Origin: a virus
Lineage: Duplodnaviria > Caudoviricetes
Strand: one strand, 5' to 3'
Virus record (IMG/VR): IMGVR_UViG_3300044991_001466
DNA length: 64,000 nt
Shown piece by piece: positions 1 to 10,453 of this stretch. A program made the translations under genes and the position numbers. Positions within the stretch are counted from its first letter, which is position 1, and each line of letters opens with the position of its first letter. The notes beneath the pieces are model-generated. The model had not been told where the DNA came from, did no database searches, and worked only from the letters and a program-made list of their open reading frames with translations.

Positions 1-67
1 GACCTCACCTGATTTTAAACATTCTTCTATATATTCTTTATCTTCTTTAGATACTATGAATTTCATA

Positions 68-715
68 TTATTTTTTACATTTTTTCCATCCACCACCTTT
101 AGCCTTATAATCTTTAGCTGCGAAGCCATTTGCGTAGGCAGAAGGGTATACGTCAAATTTAGATTTAGCTTTAGCCTTAGATGCTGCCCATTTTGCGGGG
201 TCTGTTGGACAGTTTTTACTTTCGTCTATTTCCATCGCCTCATACATTTCCTTTTCTGATAGATTTTTAGGTTCAACACCTTTTTTCTTCATATTAATAG
301 CAATTGCCGCTTGTTGTGCAGGACTACTCGCTTCATTGACTGGTACACAATTTGGTACCGTTTTTCCATTTTTTTTCTTACTACCAATTCGTTTGTACCC
401 ATCCCAACATTTTTCAGATAAATCTTTTTTTGATTCAGATAGGTTTTTTTGTTCAAAGTAACCTTCCATAAAATTTGCAACTTCTTCAATGTCGTCTTTA
501 GATGTTGTGATATGGTCACCAGCCCAAGCGTGTTCCCCTGTTACTAATTTAGGGAAATCTGGCATATGTTTAAAGTTTAATATCTTTTCAATATCATTTT
601 TCATTTGAATTAGGTTACTTAAAACCATATATGTTCCATCTTGTGAAATGTGATTTTCTGATTCCATTTGTATTATCTTTTTGAGTTGGGACTCGGTTAG
701 AATGATTTTTTTCAT
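68..715 (-). CDS. Putative internal head protein, modular and basic (215 aa; start moved to MKKIILTESQLKKII)
   Basis: CTATTTAT motif lies 4 nt before the ATG at 715. N-terminal LTE leader. Short modules (CWDGYK..VPNCVP, SPAQQAAIA, YPSAYANG) are separated by LSE/VNE/IDE. Confidence 0.5.
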   Translation of the reverse strand: MKKIILTESQLKKIIQMESENHISQDGTYMVLSNLIQMKNDIEKILNFKHMPDFPKLVTGEHAWAGDHITTSKDDIEEVANFMEGYFEQKNLSESKKDLSEKCWDGYKRIGSKKKNGKTVPNCVPVNEASSPAQQAAIAINMKKKGVEPKNLSEKEMYEAMEIDESKNCPTDPAKWAASKAKAKSKFDVYPSAYANGFAAKDYKAKGGGWKKCKK

Positions 716-728
716 ATATATAAATAGT

Positions 729-2099
729 TTACTTTTCAGACACAATCTCAAATTTTATTTTATCCTTATAAAAAATTTCCTCTGAGAATGTTTTACCTTT
801 TATCTCTAAAGTATATTCACGAGGAATAAGGTATGATGTGTTTAAAACAAATGAATTTTCGTTTGTTTTATCAACTTTAGTCCAATCATGAACGTTAACC
901 TGAACAAGTCCTTCGTTTATATAAATTCGATAATGTACCTCGTCTAATAATACACTTTTTGGGGTGTTAATTGATCTAAATGTTATTACAATTTTTCTTT
1001 CTTCACCTCTTTTTATTTTTTCGTTTTGATTAACTCCAAAATATTGTATTGAATAACGTTCTAAATCAGTTTGATTTACCCCAATAGAAAATCCTGAAGA
1101 AAGTGGTTTTGGTATGAATTTTTGTACGGTATTATCAAATTGGACACCTTCAATGAATATGTTTTTCCAAACATCACTAAAGAATTTTTTACCATCACAA
1201 TTAATACCAGATATTCCAAAAGTAACTTTATAAACACCTTTTCTTACTAATGTTGATGTAATTCCTGTTAATCCACTAATTGGTGTATTAGTTGAGTTTA
1301 AAATATCAACAGTAGGAACTGAATCTAAATTTATATAATTTCCATTTTTTGTGACATACAAATATAGATTTTGTTGTAAATCTTCAATAAAATCAAATCT
1401 ATCATCATCTATTCTATCTTCAAACACTGATTCAACATATGGTTCAAAAAAGGTTTGTGTGTATTTTGTGAAAAATGAGACAGATTGGTCAACTGGTTGA
1501 GGAACTAATTGATATGGTACACTAAAGGCCACACCTAAACCATGGTCTGTGGCACCCGTTAAAACACCATTAACATAGTTTGTAATGTCAACATCTAAGT
1601 TTTCATTACCATTATCAAAATGTGCGGTAGTAACGATGGTTGGAGATGCGTTATAAATACCGTTTATCGTCCAAGCACTTAATGTAGTTCTATTATACCA
1701 GTTAGAAGGTCGTTGGTCAAATGTATTGTTATCTTCATTAAAATCATAAACTTGGTCATAATCAAAACCATATCCCTCATCCCAAAATTCAGGTATTTTA
1801 AAAACAATTAAATCAAATGAAGTTGCTCTTAATCTACCACTATAACCATTTTGACCAATTAATGCTTCATCACCAAAAATGGTGTTTGTCATTTTAAGGT
1901 AATGTTTAGTTGTATTTAAATTTAGAACCAAATCATCATTATCTGTTTTAGTTTTTAAATCAGAAAAATCAACTTTAAAGATATATTTAGAAAAACCAGA
2001 ACCGAAAAATATGTCGGTATTAGGGTTTTTAGACGTATTTGTCTGAGAATCCTTTACAATAGTATTGTTTTTTTCAAAATATGAACGGAAATATGACAT
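729..2099 (-). CDS. Virion structural protein, function unknown (456 aa)
   Basis: Long beta-rich ORF rich in T/S/N/F, preceded by GATATTTAT and adjacent to the gp5-like gene. Confidence 0.45.
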   Translation of the reverse strand: MSYFRSYFEKNNTIVKDSQTNTSKNPNTDIFFGSGFSKYIFKVDFSDLKTKTDNDDLVLNLNTTKHYLKMTNTIFGDEALIGQNGYSGRLRATSFDLIVFKIPEFWDEGYGFDYDQVYDFNEDNNTFDQRPSNWYNRTTLSAWTINGIYNASPTIVTTAHFDNGNENLDVDITNYVNGVLTGATDHGLGVAFSVPYQLVPQPVDQSVSFFTKYTQTFFEPYVESVFEDRIDDDRFDFIEDLQQNLYLYVTKNGNYINLDSVPTVDILNSTNTPISGLTGITSTLVRKGVYKVTFGISGINCDGKKFFSDVWKNIFIEGVQFDNTVQKFIPKPLSSGFSIGVNQTDLERYSIQYFGVNQNEKIKRGEERKIVITFRSINTPKSVLLDEVHYRIYINEGLVQVNVHDWTKVDKTNENSFVLNTSYLIPREYTLEIKGKTFSEEIFYKDKIKFEIVSEK

Positions 2100-2122
2100 C
2101 TTTTTTATTTATAAATATCCAA

Positions 2123-3694
2123 TTAATTAATCTTAATTGAACTATTCAACATGTCACCTTCTAAATTTGAAATTTTAGTCTGTAAATCGATATAATTGGG
2201 GTCATCTTGTAATAATGGTTTTTCCATATGATGGATATGACTAGCAAAAAGATTGGCCATACTATACAATACCTGTAATAATACCTCACCTCTAACAAGT
2301 GAAAATGTGTTTGGTTCAATCGATTCCAAATATTCTTCTTGTTTAATTTCGTATTTGTTTAACTTCTCAAAAGAAATTGGTTTTTTATTCTCAAAATTGG
2401 GGGATTTTGCCTCAGTGGATAACATGTAAATTTTATCAGTTATTAATGCTGAAAAAGATTGTTCCAACCCATCAGGACCTTTCTTAAGATATGTGTTTTT
2501 TACCCTTTTATTTTTACCTGGAATTGTATAACTACCAACTGAAAAAACTAAACCATTTTGTGGGCCAACACTTGTGGCTAAAATTACTTTACTAAATTTT
2601 GTAATTCGATTGGCAGTTTCACCAGATGATAGTTGTTTTTCTTTACAATCTTTTGTTGGTCTGAAATAAAACGGATGTAAATCAACATCACTTATTGGTA
2701 AGGTTCCTCCAGTTAATTCTTTTTTATATGAATTATAAACTTCACTTAATGTTCCTTTCGAGTGAATTGTTTTAAACACATCCCTTATTAACACTTCAGG
2801 GGGACGTTCATCACTTGAATCTAATGAAAATGTCACACCTGATGTACTACCATCAAAACTATTTAATTTAGTTAACCCCGAAAGAATTAAAACGTCAGCT
2901 AAATTGGTATTATCGGTTTTATAAACGTTTTTACCATAAAAAGTTTTACCCGATGAAATGGCTTCGTTTATTGTGTAAACATAAAAATCTACGGTTGTTG
3001 AATCTCCTGAAAAACTTTTAATATCATATTCAATAATTGATTTTAGAGGTTTTGATTCAATTTCAAAAGTATCAATTGTATCTGTAACTTGTTGTAAATT
3101 CTTATCAAATTTTTTAAGATATAATGAAGAATTTTTATTCGCTAAAAGAGGTTGTGAAACCAATTCAGTTTTTTGTTTTATAGTGGCACCTTTTTTTGAT
3201 ATTAATTTACCACCTCGTATCATTAAACCGTTTTCGGTGAATATAATATCGGAACCATATTTTCCATAAACACCATAGTCGGTATGTCTGGCAAACGCAC
3301 CATCATTTTTAATTAATTCATCTGTATCTTTTTTTGCAATATTTGGACCGTGTTTTGAGGCAATACCATAAGTGGTATTTTCAACTTGAGCTGAGTGTGT
3401 TTGAGAATTATAATCGTGCATTGTTGTAAACGGACCCGCAACATACTCTACGTTGGCTAATTCTTTTTCTGTGTTATATGATAATAATTTTACAGTTTGA
3501 CCAATTTCAGGAATAAAATTAATATTAGTTGGTAAAAATGGATTTGCTGTAAATAAATCTTTATCATCCCACGCACTATAATCCAACGCCTTTTCTAGTT
3601 CTCCTGTATATGAACTATATTTAATACATCTAATTCGACCTAAGTGTTTTGGGTCTAAATTATCAATACAAACACCAATATCAATTATTTTCAT
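2123..3694 (-). CDS. gp5-like baseplate spike/hub protein with N-terminal OB fold
   Basis: N-terminal GVCIDNLDPKHLGRIR matches the gp5 OB-fold signature. C-terminal LVRGE...SHIH has an HxH spike-tip-like motif. No lysozyme motif seen. Confidence 0.65.
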   Translation of the reverse strand: MKIIDIGVCIDNLDPKHLGRIRCIKYSSYTGELEKALDYSAWDDKDLFTANPFLPTNINFIPEIGQTVKLLSYNTEKELANVEYVAGPFTTMHDYNSQTHSAQVENTTYGIASKHGPNIAKKDTDELIKNDGAFARHTDYGVYGKYGSDIIFTENGLMIRGGKLISKKGATIKQKTELVSQPLLANKNSSLYLKKFDKNLQQVTDTIDTFEIESKPLKSIIEYDIKSFSGDSTTVDFYVYTINEAISSGKTFYGKNVYKTDNTNLADVLILSGLTKLNSFDGSTSGVTFSLDSSDERPPEVLIRDVFKTIHSKGTLSEVYNSYKKELTGGTLPISDVDLHPFYFRPTKDCKEKQLSSGETANRITKFSKVILATSVGPQNGLVFSVGSYTIPGKNKRVKNTYLKKGPDGLEQSFSALITDKIYMLSTEAKSPNFENKKPISFEKLNKYEIKQEEYLESIEPNTFSLVRGEVLLQVLYSMANLFASHIHHMEKPLLQDDPNYIDLQTKISNLEGDMLNSSIKIN

Positions 3695-3891
3695 TTCGAT
3701 TGTCTTTTACCTATTTCCGTATTTACGTTATTATATAGTTCACTAATACTTTCCATATGTCTAGTTAAATCAACAATTAAAGTTTTAGTTTTTTCAAATT
3801 CCACATATAACTCTTTTTCCGCCAAAAATAAATCACTGTTTGATTTGTTCTTAACGTCAGTTGATATGTCTATTAATTTTTCTTTTTCCAT
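3691..3891 (-). CDS. Small coiled-coil hypothetical protein (66 aa, start MEKEKLID)
   Basis: The ATG at 3891 directly follows the upstream stop at 3893-3895, and the stop overlaps the gp5-like start. The longer ORF-track start overlaps the upstream gene. Confidence 0.6.
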   Translation of the reverse strand: MEKEKLIDISTDVKNKSNSDLFLAEKELYVEFEKTKTLIVDLTRHMESISELYNNVNTEIGKRQSK

Positions 3892-3892
3892 T

Positions 3893-5782
3893 TTAATGTG
3901 TAATACCAAAAGAAGGTCCCGCCAACGGATTTGCACCAAATACCGAAACCTTAGAGTTAGTGTCATGTTCTTTAGTATGACCATCTATTATACCTTTTAC
4001 AAAATCGCCAATTTGACTTGGTACACCAAATTTATCACCTGTATCAATACCAGCTCCGTTTAAATTTTCCATTGCATTCATGTATGCTCTGTCGGCACTA
4101 TAACCATCCCTAAGTGCGCTTGTTAAAAGTAATATTGGAGGAATTTGTATTAAGCTTAAACCACCCATCAACGCACCATTAATTGTCGCATTAATTAATG
4201 CATATAATGTTTCACAATTTGTTAAATCAGTTTCTAATAATTTTGTTAACAAAGCAATTAACGAACTTATTATTAGTACATATTTTTTTGATTTGTTTAA
4301 TAAAATTTTAGCAGCAAAAATAGCTAAGAATTCAATTAAATCTTTTTTAACACGAGACCAAAATTCCGCCAAAAATTTCCAAAAAAGTTGGTTAATAATA
4401 TAATCAAAAAGTTTATGTAATTTTTTCATCATAGCTTTAACATCGTTAACCGTATTACCACCTTCAGAAACTAATTGTTTATAAACGATAACAATAGGTA
4501 AAAAATATTTTGGTGATAATACCGTAGCAATTAATGCTTTAGGTAGATTTAATATAAATGAACTTAACAAATTAATATGGAAATTATCCACGGGTATCGT
4601 ATCATTAGTTTGATTGTGAGCATCTGCAGCTGCATTATATAATGTTTTAGAAACAACATCGTTTAAATTTTTATTTGATAGGTAAACAAAATCTTCAAAA
4701 TGGGTAGAACTAATTTGAGTTGTAAAGTCGTTACAATCTCTAAATTTTAAAACTCGATTACGTCTATTTGCCTCGTCATCTAAATCAATTCCTTCAACAT
4801 CATCAAAATCAAAATAAAATTCTGAATCTTGGTCGTTCTCGTTAAATTGAGTTGTAGCGTTTTGTTTTAATCCAGGGTCAGGAGCACCACAATTTGCACA
4901 AATTTTCTTTAGTAATCTTGTTAAATTATCAAGACCAATATTAAATAAAGGTGGTTCACTACCATCGGCATTTATTGTCATTAACACCGCCATTTTGGTA
5001 ACTCCAGACATATCGATGTTTTCAATGTTACTATAGTAGTCATTAAAAAACCCTTGGATTGTTGCTCCTGTAACTGCGTTTGTTGGATTAAGAGTTAATC
5101 CTGAAATATTATATTTTTGATTGTTTTGATCCCAAGAAAAACTAAATAAATCTTCGTTATTTTGTGTTGTAAATTTTTGTGGTGTAAGTCCACCACTAAA
5201 ACTATTGAATAACATTCTATTCATTTGTATAAGACCTGTTCCAGATGATGATGGTTCATAAACTATTTTTCCCGTACTTGAAGTTGGGTCCATAGTTAAA
5301 ACGTTCATAAAATCAAATTCAGTAGGGCTTAATGTAACAGTACTTCCTGTAAATGATTTTTGTGTTCCACAAATACCGTCACCGGCAAATAAGATTTTTT
5401 GAACCCCATCCATTACAATCGTCTTTGAACTTTTTATAGTTTCGTGTGCCGATTCTTGTGTTATTTGTTTTAATCTTTGTTTTGAAAATGCCCTATCCGA
5501 ATAGTCCACTGTGGGATTTTTGGGTGCAGTACCTAAAAACCCTTCAACGGTGTCAATTAGGTCTTGAAATATATCAGTCTGACTTTCTTTTTTTTTAGCC
5601 TTCTTGGGAATTAAATCACTTAAATTTTTTCCATTTAAATTTGGAATTTTTGATGCCAATTTATCTGGAATAGACCCAACAAAAGCTTTACCCGAATCAA
5701 CAGCTTGTTTTGCGTCGTCGTTGATTTTTTTAACGGCATTAATCTTAGATTTAATCTTAGCTTTTTGTTCTTTAATTGACAT
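3893..5782 (-). CDS. Hypothetical protein, probably virion-associated (629 aa)
   Basis: Long ORF, stop/start-coupled to its neighbours, downstream of a late motif at 6164. The C-terminal third is helical and hydrophobic. Confidence 0.45.
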   Translation of the reverse strand: MSIKEQKAKIKSKINAVKKINDDAKQAVDSGKAFVGSIPDKLASKIPNLNGKNLSDLIPKKAKKKESQTDIFQDLIDTVEGFLGTAPKNPTVDYSDRAFSKQRLKQITQESAHETIKSSKTIVMDGVQKILFAGDGICGTQKSFTGSTVTLSPTEFDFMNVLTMDPTSSTGKIVYEPSSSGTGLIQMNRMLFNSFSGGLTPQKFTTQNNEDLFSFSWDQNNQKYNISGLTLNPTNAVTGATIQGFFNDYYSNIENIDMSGVTKMAVLMTINADGSEPPLFNIGLDNLTRLLKKICANCGAPDPGLKQNATTQFNENDQDSEFYFDFDDVEGIDLDDEANRRNRVLKFRDCNDFTTQISSTHFEDFVYLSNKNLNDVVSKTLYNAAADAHNQTNDTIPVDNFHINLLSSFILNLPKALIATVLSPKYFLPIVIVYKQLVSEGGNTVNDVKAMMKKLHKLFDYIINQLFWKFLAEFWSRVKKDLIEFLAIFAAKILLNKSKKYVLIISSLIALLTKLLETDLTNCETLYALINATINGALMGGLSLIQIPPILLLTSALRDGYSADRAYMNAMENLNGAGIDTGDKFGVPSQIGDFVKGIIDGHTKEHDTNSKVSVFGANPLAGPSFGITH

Positions 5783-6159
5783 TATAATGAATACTTATCG
5801 GATTTCTTATCTTCGTCAGTGTTAACGAGTCTGTCTAATATTTCTCTATCTTCATCTGATAATGTTAACTTACCCATAGGTCCTCCACCAGAACCACCAC
5901 CTGAAGTTTGTTTAAGTAAAACACTCTGTAATTTAACTAATGAGATTTTCTTCTCTGTACAGTCGTTTAAGATTTTTTGTTGTTCCTTAATAACAGGACC
6001 AATAACACTCATATCTTCAGCATCTTTCATAAAACTCATCATTTTTCTCATGATGGTAGATGCGGTGTTTCTATTTTCTACAACGTCATTATATATCTCC
6101 TGCATCAAAGCCATTGCGGAATCAATATCTAAAGTAATATTGTTTTTTCTTTCTCTCAT
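5782..6159 (-). CDS. Helical hypothetical protein (125 aa); small-terminase-like size and architecture possible
   Basis: Coiled-coil character, Gly-rich linker, CTATTTAT upstream. The function is a guess. Confidence 0.35.
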   Translation of the reverse strand: MRERKNNITLDIDSAMALMQEIYNDVVENRNTASTIMRKMMSFMKDAEDMSVIGPVIKEQQKILNDCTEKKISLVKLQSVLLKQTSGGGSGGGPMGKLTLSDEDREILDRLVNTDEDKKSDKYSL

Positions 6160-6173
6160 AACAATAAATAGAT

Positions 6174-6872
6174 TTATTCTAAAAACCCAACTAAAATACC
6201 ATCATAAATCTTTTTAAAACGTTTCATAGCTATTCTAATCTCTTTAGTTGATAATGAGGTCATTTCTCTTAAAGAGAGTAAAATGAGGTTCTTATTGAAC
6301 TTATTACCGTCACCTACTTGGAAAATTTTATCAAAATTGCTAAATATTTCAAGTAAAGCGTAACCTAATTTTTGTTCGTTTTCGTTTAAATTTTGACTTT
6401 CTACAAATTCTTCTAAATTTGACGCTAGTTTAATTATAATTGATTGATAATCAATAACATGTTCATCAATCACATATGACAAATCGGACCTATCTTCAAT
6501 ATCTGAAGATATGTCATCATAAGATACTTGTCTATTCTGTTCTTTAGTGTCTTTCTGTATTGCACCCATGAGGTAATTTTTACAGATTGTACCAAAATAG
6601 GAATAAGCTTTAGTATTTTTAGTATGGTCAAATTTATTAATTTTTGTAATTAAAAAAGACATGGTATCGGTATGAATTTCATTGAAATCCATATCTTTTC
6701 TATATAATTTATAACGTCTAATGATACTTTCTACCATTATGATTAAGGGTTCTCTTAAATATTCATTGAATATCTTGTTCTTTTCTGTTTCGTCAGTACT
6801 TTCAAGGTAATTGACTACCGCCTTTTCTTGATCCTCACCAAAGTAAATTTTTTGGGTTCTAGGTCTTGGCAT
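6174..6872 (-). CDS. gp55: gp55-like late-transcription sigma factor
   Basis: KFDHTKNTKAYSYFGTICKNYL resembles the region-2 signature of T4 gp55-type sigmas (FDPEK..NPFAYFT.I). It has an N-terminal IYF motif, and 232 aa is the typical size. Confidence 0.75.
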   Translation of the reverse strand: MPRPRTQKIYFGEDQEKAVVNYLESTDETEKNKIFNEYLREPLIIMVESIIRRYKLYRKDMDFNEIHTDTMSFLITKINKFDHTKNTKAYSYFGTICKNYLMGAIQKDTKEQNRQVSYDDISSDIEDRSDLSYVIDEHVIDYQSIIIKLASNLEEFVESQNLNENEQKLGYALLEIFSNFDKIFQVGDGNKFNKNLILLSLREMTSLSTKEIRIAMKRFKKIYDGILVGFLE

Positions 6873-7651
6873 TAAGTGGTTATATAGTTTACTTCTCGTT
6901 TATTTTTGAAGAAAAATTCTTTTTTTGCGGTGTCTAACCAAAATTTAACTTCATTTTCTTGTAATTTATTTTCTTCATTATTTCTATAATTCCAAAATAA
7001 AGAATCCTCTCTCATATTAACATGTTGATATCCAATACGTGGTACTGTCATAATTCTAACACCATTGTGTGTTAATCTTAATAAAAATTCATAACTAAAT
7101 GATAGTTTAATATTTTCTTTAAGACTACCGTTATCTTTAATAACTTGTGTTCTATATAAACCACCACTTGTTTGATAATTTTGGAATTCTAATAAGACTT
7201 CATTATCTATAAATCCTTGTAATTCAGTAAATCCGTATGCCCAAGCAGACTCGTTTGTGAAATTAACAAAAGTACCCTCTTGGTTTATATCTCTAATGAT
7301 TGGTAAGAATACGTCAACATCAGAATATATGTTTAGATATTCATTCATTGATTTCAACCAAATTGGTCTATACTCATCATCGATTTCAAAAATTGAAAAC
7401 CATTCAGTTTCACATTTTTCAATACCTAAATTTATTTGTGAACAAAAATCTGTATTACCTTTATTTTCAATAAATGTAATTTCTAATTTGTTTGAAAGAT
7501 TTGTAAGTTCTTCTTTAATTTTGGTTGGACAAACAATAGATAATACTACGTCATTATGAAAATCCTCAATAGAGGAAATCGCGTTAGTTAACATTTCTTT
7601 GTAGTCACCATCAATTTTATGGATTGGTAATATAATTGTTATTTTTTTCAT
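6872..7651 (-). CDS. Glycosyltransferase, GT-A fold (GT2-like)
   Basis: N-terminal ITIILPIH, FCSQINLGIE, acidic EIDDEY motif and late ENIKLSFSYEFLLRL, as in GT2 enzymes. Confidence 0.75.
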   Translation of the reverse strand: MKKITIILPIHKIDGDYKEMLTNAISSIEDFHNDVVLSIVCPTKIKEELTNLSNKLEITFIENKGNTDFCSQINLGIEKCETEWFSIFEIDDEYRPIWLKSMNEYLNIYSDVDVFLPIIRDINQEGTFVNFTNESAWAYGFTELQGFIDNEVLLEFQNYQTSGGLYRTQVIKDNGSLKENIKLSFSYEFLLRLTHNGVRIMTVPRIGYQHVNMREDSLFWNYRNNEENKLQENEVKFWLDTAKKEFFFKNKREVNYITT

Positions 7652-8715
7652 ACAGTTTCTTCTTGTTTTAATTTTTCTAATGCAGTTTCGATTGACTCCA
7701 CTCTTTTATTTTTTAAAGAATTAAAAATTGATTTAATACTTGTTTTAGTTATTGATGTGTCATAAGGTAATAATGTTTCTTTCATTTTTTCTTTAACTTC
7801 TTCAGTTAATTCAACACCATCAATCCAAGCCAAAATATATGACCCCAAAACATCTACAATTTTATTACTATCGTAAGTCCACATTCCATTTTCACTTAAC
7901 CAAGATGGTTCTAAATTTGGAATTTTACCAACAACAGGTACACCACATTTCATAGATTCTAATGGGAAGGTACCAAAGGTAGATTCATCATCAATCCACA
8001 ATGAAACCATGCATTCTTTTAAATTCATTGCAAATTCATCATATGTCATTTGAACCATATCTCTAAATGTAATCCATCTAAGTTGTGGGAATTTTATGTA
8101 AAATTCTGAAATTAACTTTCTATGTTTTGATCTATCTCGACAACTAATAGCCACATATGGTTTTAATGGTAATTCAATAGGTGAAAATTGGTCACCAATA
8201 ATTGGTGGAATAACATGAACTAAACTCTCAGGGAAATATTCCATGATATATTGTTTAGTTTCTTCTGTTGTTGTGATTACTTTATCAAAACCAAAATCAC
8301 TAAATCTACTACCGATTGGTAATGTTTCAAACATGTAATCTTTTTCTTGAATTAACATCACTTTTACACATTTGATGTTTGATAATTGTTGTAACGCATT
8401 TCCATAATATTCAGGAACAACAACAATGTCATCTATTTTTAATTCAACTTTATCATCTTTAATACTTACGATATCTAAAGATGAGTATGTCTCACCTAAC
8501 CAAGATTTAACACCAACATATGATTTATCTTCAACTAAAATTTTAGCTTCAATACCATCTTCTTTTAATGTTAGTGCCAAATCGTAAATATATTTTACGG
8601 ATGCCCTTGCGTTATTTTTAGAGTCGTATGTTAAAAAATATACAATACTCTCTTTTGTTTTTAATCTACCTAAAGCAGATTCTAATTTTTCTATGTTTTC
8701 GTTTTTATTACTCAT
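7648..8715 (-). CDS. Glycosyltransferase, GT-B fold (GT4-like)
   Basis: ESTFGTFPLESMKCGVPVVG matches the GT-B E-x-F-G-x-P-x-E-x-M-x-x-G-x-P-V motif. Confidence 0.8.
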   Translation of the reverse strand: MSNKNENIEKLESALGRLKTKESIVYFLTYDSKNNARASVKYIYDLALTLKEDGIEAKILVEDKSYVGVKSWLGETYSSLDIVSIKDDKVELKIDDIVVVPEYYGNALQQLSNIKCVKVMLIQEKDYMFETLPIGSRFSDFGFDKVITTTEETKQYIMEYFPESLVHVIPPIIGDQFSPIELPLKPYVAISCRDRSKHRKLISEFYIKFPQLRWITFRDMVQMTYDEFAMNLKECMVSLWIDDESTFGTFPLESMKCGVPVVGKIPNLEPSWLSENGMWTYDSNKIVDVLGSYILAWIDGVELTEEVKEKMKETLLPYDTSITKTSIKSIFNSLKNKRVESIETALEKLKQEETV

Positions 8716-9010
8716 CGTCTTCGATTAATATTTGGTTTTTTATTAAAGTGTTAAATGCAATTTTAAATGATACTGACGTTCCTTCTTGTCCAAATTTTCC
8801 GAGACCTTCGTCTACTTCATCAATTTCACCTAATATTCTTTCTAAACACATTTTTATTAGTTCATACTTAAAAATGTTGATGTGAGTTGATTCATCTTCT
8901 TCTTCAACAACAACAACACTGTTTTTTTTACTTACTGGTGGTTCGGTTCTACATTTATCTGTGATTCCGTCGATATTAATGTAGTAGTTTTTTCCAAAGA
9001 GTTCAACCAT
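8708..9010 (-). CDS. Hypothetical protein (100 aa)
   Basis: ORF coupled to the GT-B start; overlaps the upstream ORF by 79 nt. Confidence 0.6.
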   Translation of the reverse strand: MVELFGKNYYINIDGITDKCRTEPPVSKKNSVVVVEEEDESTHINIFKYELIKMCLERILGEIDEVDEGLGKFGQEGTSVSFKIAFNTLIKNQILIEDDE

Positions 9011-9582
9011 AATTCTTGTATTTCAGTTAATTTAGATATTTCTTTTTTATTTGTAAAGTGTTGATTATAAATTGTATTGAATTTGATTACCTCTTTATCT
9101 TCAGGACATAAATCCAAAATATTTTTATTATCGGTAATCCAAACATCACATTTACTCCAATTATTTTTAATTTCATCACTTTTAATGAATTGAATGTTAT
9201 TACCTAAAAATCCATTTTTAGATAAAAAGAATAATGTCGCAGGTTTAGCTTTACCCAATTCATCTAATCCAATCAATGTAAAATTATGATTTGGGTTTTC
9301 GTAAATTATTTTATGTAAATCACTAAATGTTGTTGAATAACTTAATCCTGCATGACCAAAAATTTCAATCGGATATTCTATAAAAAGAAAATAATCCGAT
9401 TCTTCTTTAGATTCAAATTTATATGAGTTTAATAAGTTATCATTCTGAATTGGTTCAATTACCCCATATTCAAAATTACTTTCTAACTTAACATCATCTG
9501 CTAAGTAAGCGTCATTATAGTGATAGTCAAATTTTTGTATTGTGTTTCTTATTACTCCGTCTATACTAATGAATATTTCCAT
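8932..9582 (-). CDS. HAD-superfamily 5'(3')-nucleotidase-like protein with altered motif I
   Basis: IFISIDGVIRN corresponds to HAD motif I (DxDGV) with the first Asp replaced by Ser. CDVWITDN resembles motif IV. Confidence 0.55.
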   Translation of the reverse strand: MEIFISIDGVIRNTIQKFDYHYNDAYLADDVKLESNFEYGVIEPIQNDNLLNSYKFESKEESDYFLFIEYPIEIFGHAGLSYSTTFSDLHKIIYENPNHNFTLIGLDELGKAKPATLFFLSKNGFLGNNIQFIKSDEIKNNWSKCDVWITDNKNILDLCPEDKEVIKFNTIYNQHFTNKKEISKLTEIQELWLNSLEKTTTLISTESQINVEPNHQ

Positions 9583-9618
9583 AGTAGAAATATACAAGTA
9601 AAAAATACATAAGTAAAC

Positions 9619-9658
9619 AATAAACCCACACCATTATGTTAAACGATGTGGGTTTATT
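9619..9658 (-). terminator. Intrinsic terminator downstream of phoH
   Basis: 12-bp inverted repeat AATAAACCCACA / TGTGGGTTTATT with T-rich flanks. Confidence 0.7.
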
Positions 9659-9678
9659 AATTGAAATTAACTTTATTG

Positions 9679-10410
9679 TTAATCGTATCTATTTAAAATT
9701 TCACCAATAATTGGATTTCGTACAATGTCTTGCATTCCAAATTCAAAAATTCCAATTCCTTTAACATCTTGTAATCTCATTTTAGCATCGTAAAGACCTG
9801 ATTTTGTTTTATCACGATATTTGTCTGATTGTTCAAGGTCTCCTGAAATGAAGAATTTTGAATTGTATCCTATACGAGTTAATAATAATTTAATCTGTGA
9901 TGGCGTAGCATTTTGTGCTTCTTCAAAAACAAGGATTGTATTATCTACGTTCCAACCTCTCATGTAAGCGAGAGCGGCAACTTCAATATATCCTTGGTCT
10001 TTTAGTTCTTCTCTCGCTTCTTTACCGATAATCTTATTTAAAAGATAATATGATGGATAAATGTATGGGTCTAATTTCTCTTCTAAACCACCTGGAAGTG
10101 ACCCTAATTTCTCTTCAGCTTCAACTGCTGGTCTAACTATGATTATCTTCTCATACTTGTTAGAATCGTCATATAATAGGTCTATTGCACGTTTCATTGC
10201 TATGTAAGACTTACCTACACCTGCGGGACCGAAACATAATGTTATTTGATTTTCTCCAAGAATGTTCCAATAGGTTTCTTGGTTTTTGGTTAGGAACTTT
10301 TCTTTAGGACGTTTGATGATTTGTCTTATCCTATCTTTATGAGATATTTTTTTCTCTTCTATTAATACGGGTGGTTGGTTGGTGGTTTTAGTTCTTGTTT
10401 TATAAGCCAA
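9679..10410 (-). CDS. phoH: PhoH-like ATPase
   Basis: GPAGVGKS Walker A, RPAVEAEEKLGSLPG, YMRG, EEAQN, GDLEQSD and VRNP motifs. TTG start. Confidence 0.93.
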   Translation of the reverse strand: MAYKTRTKTTNQPPVLIEEKKISHKDRIRQIIKRPKEKFLTKNQETYWNILGENQITLCFGPAGVGKSYIAMKRAIDLLYDDSNKYEKIIIVRPAVEAEEKLGSLPGGLEEKLDPYIYPSYYLLNKIIGKEAREELKDQGYIEVAALAYMRGWNVDNTILVFEEAQNATPSQIKLLLTRIGYNSKFFISGDLEQSDKYRDKTKSGLYDAKMRLQDVKGIGIFEFGMQDIVRNPIIGEILNRYD

Positions 10411-10453
10411 AGTGGATAGTTTTAAAAATTCTGTTTATTGTTAATAAATATCA

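Noticed and set aside
5782-6159. Small terminase assignment
   Set aside because: Only size and helicity support it; there is no large terminase nearby and no diagnostic motif.
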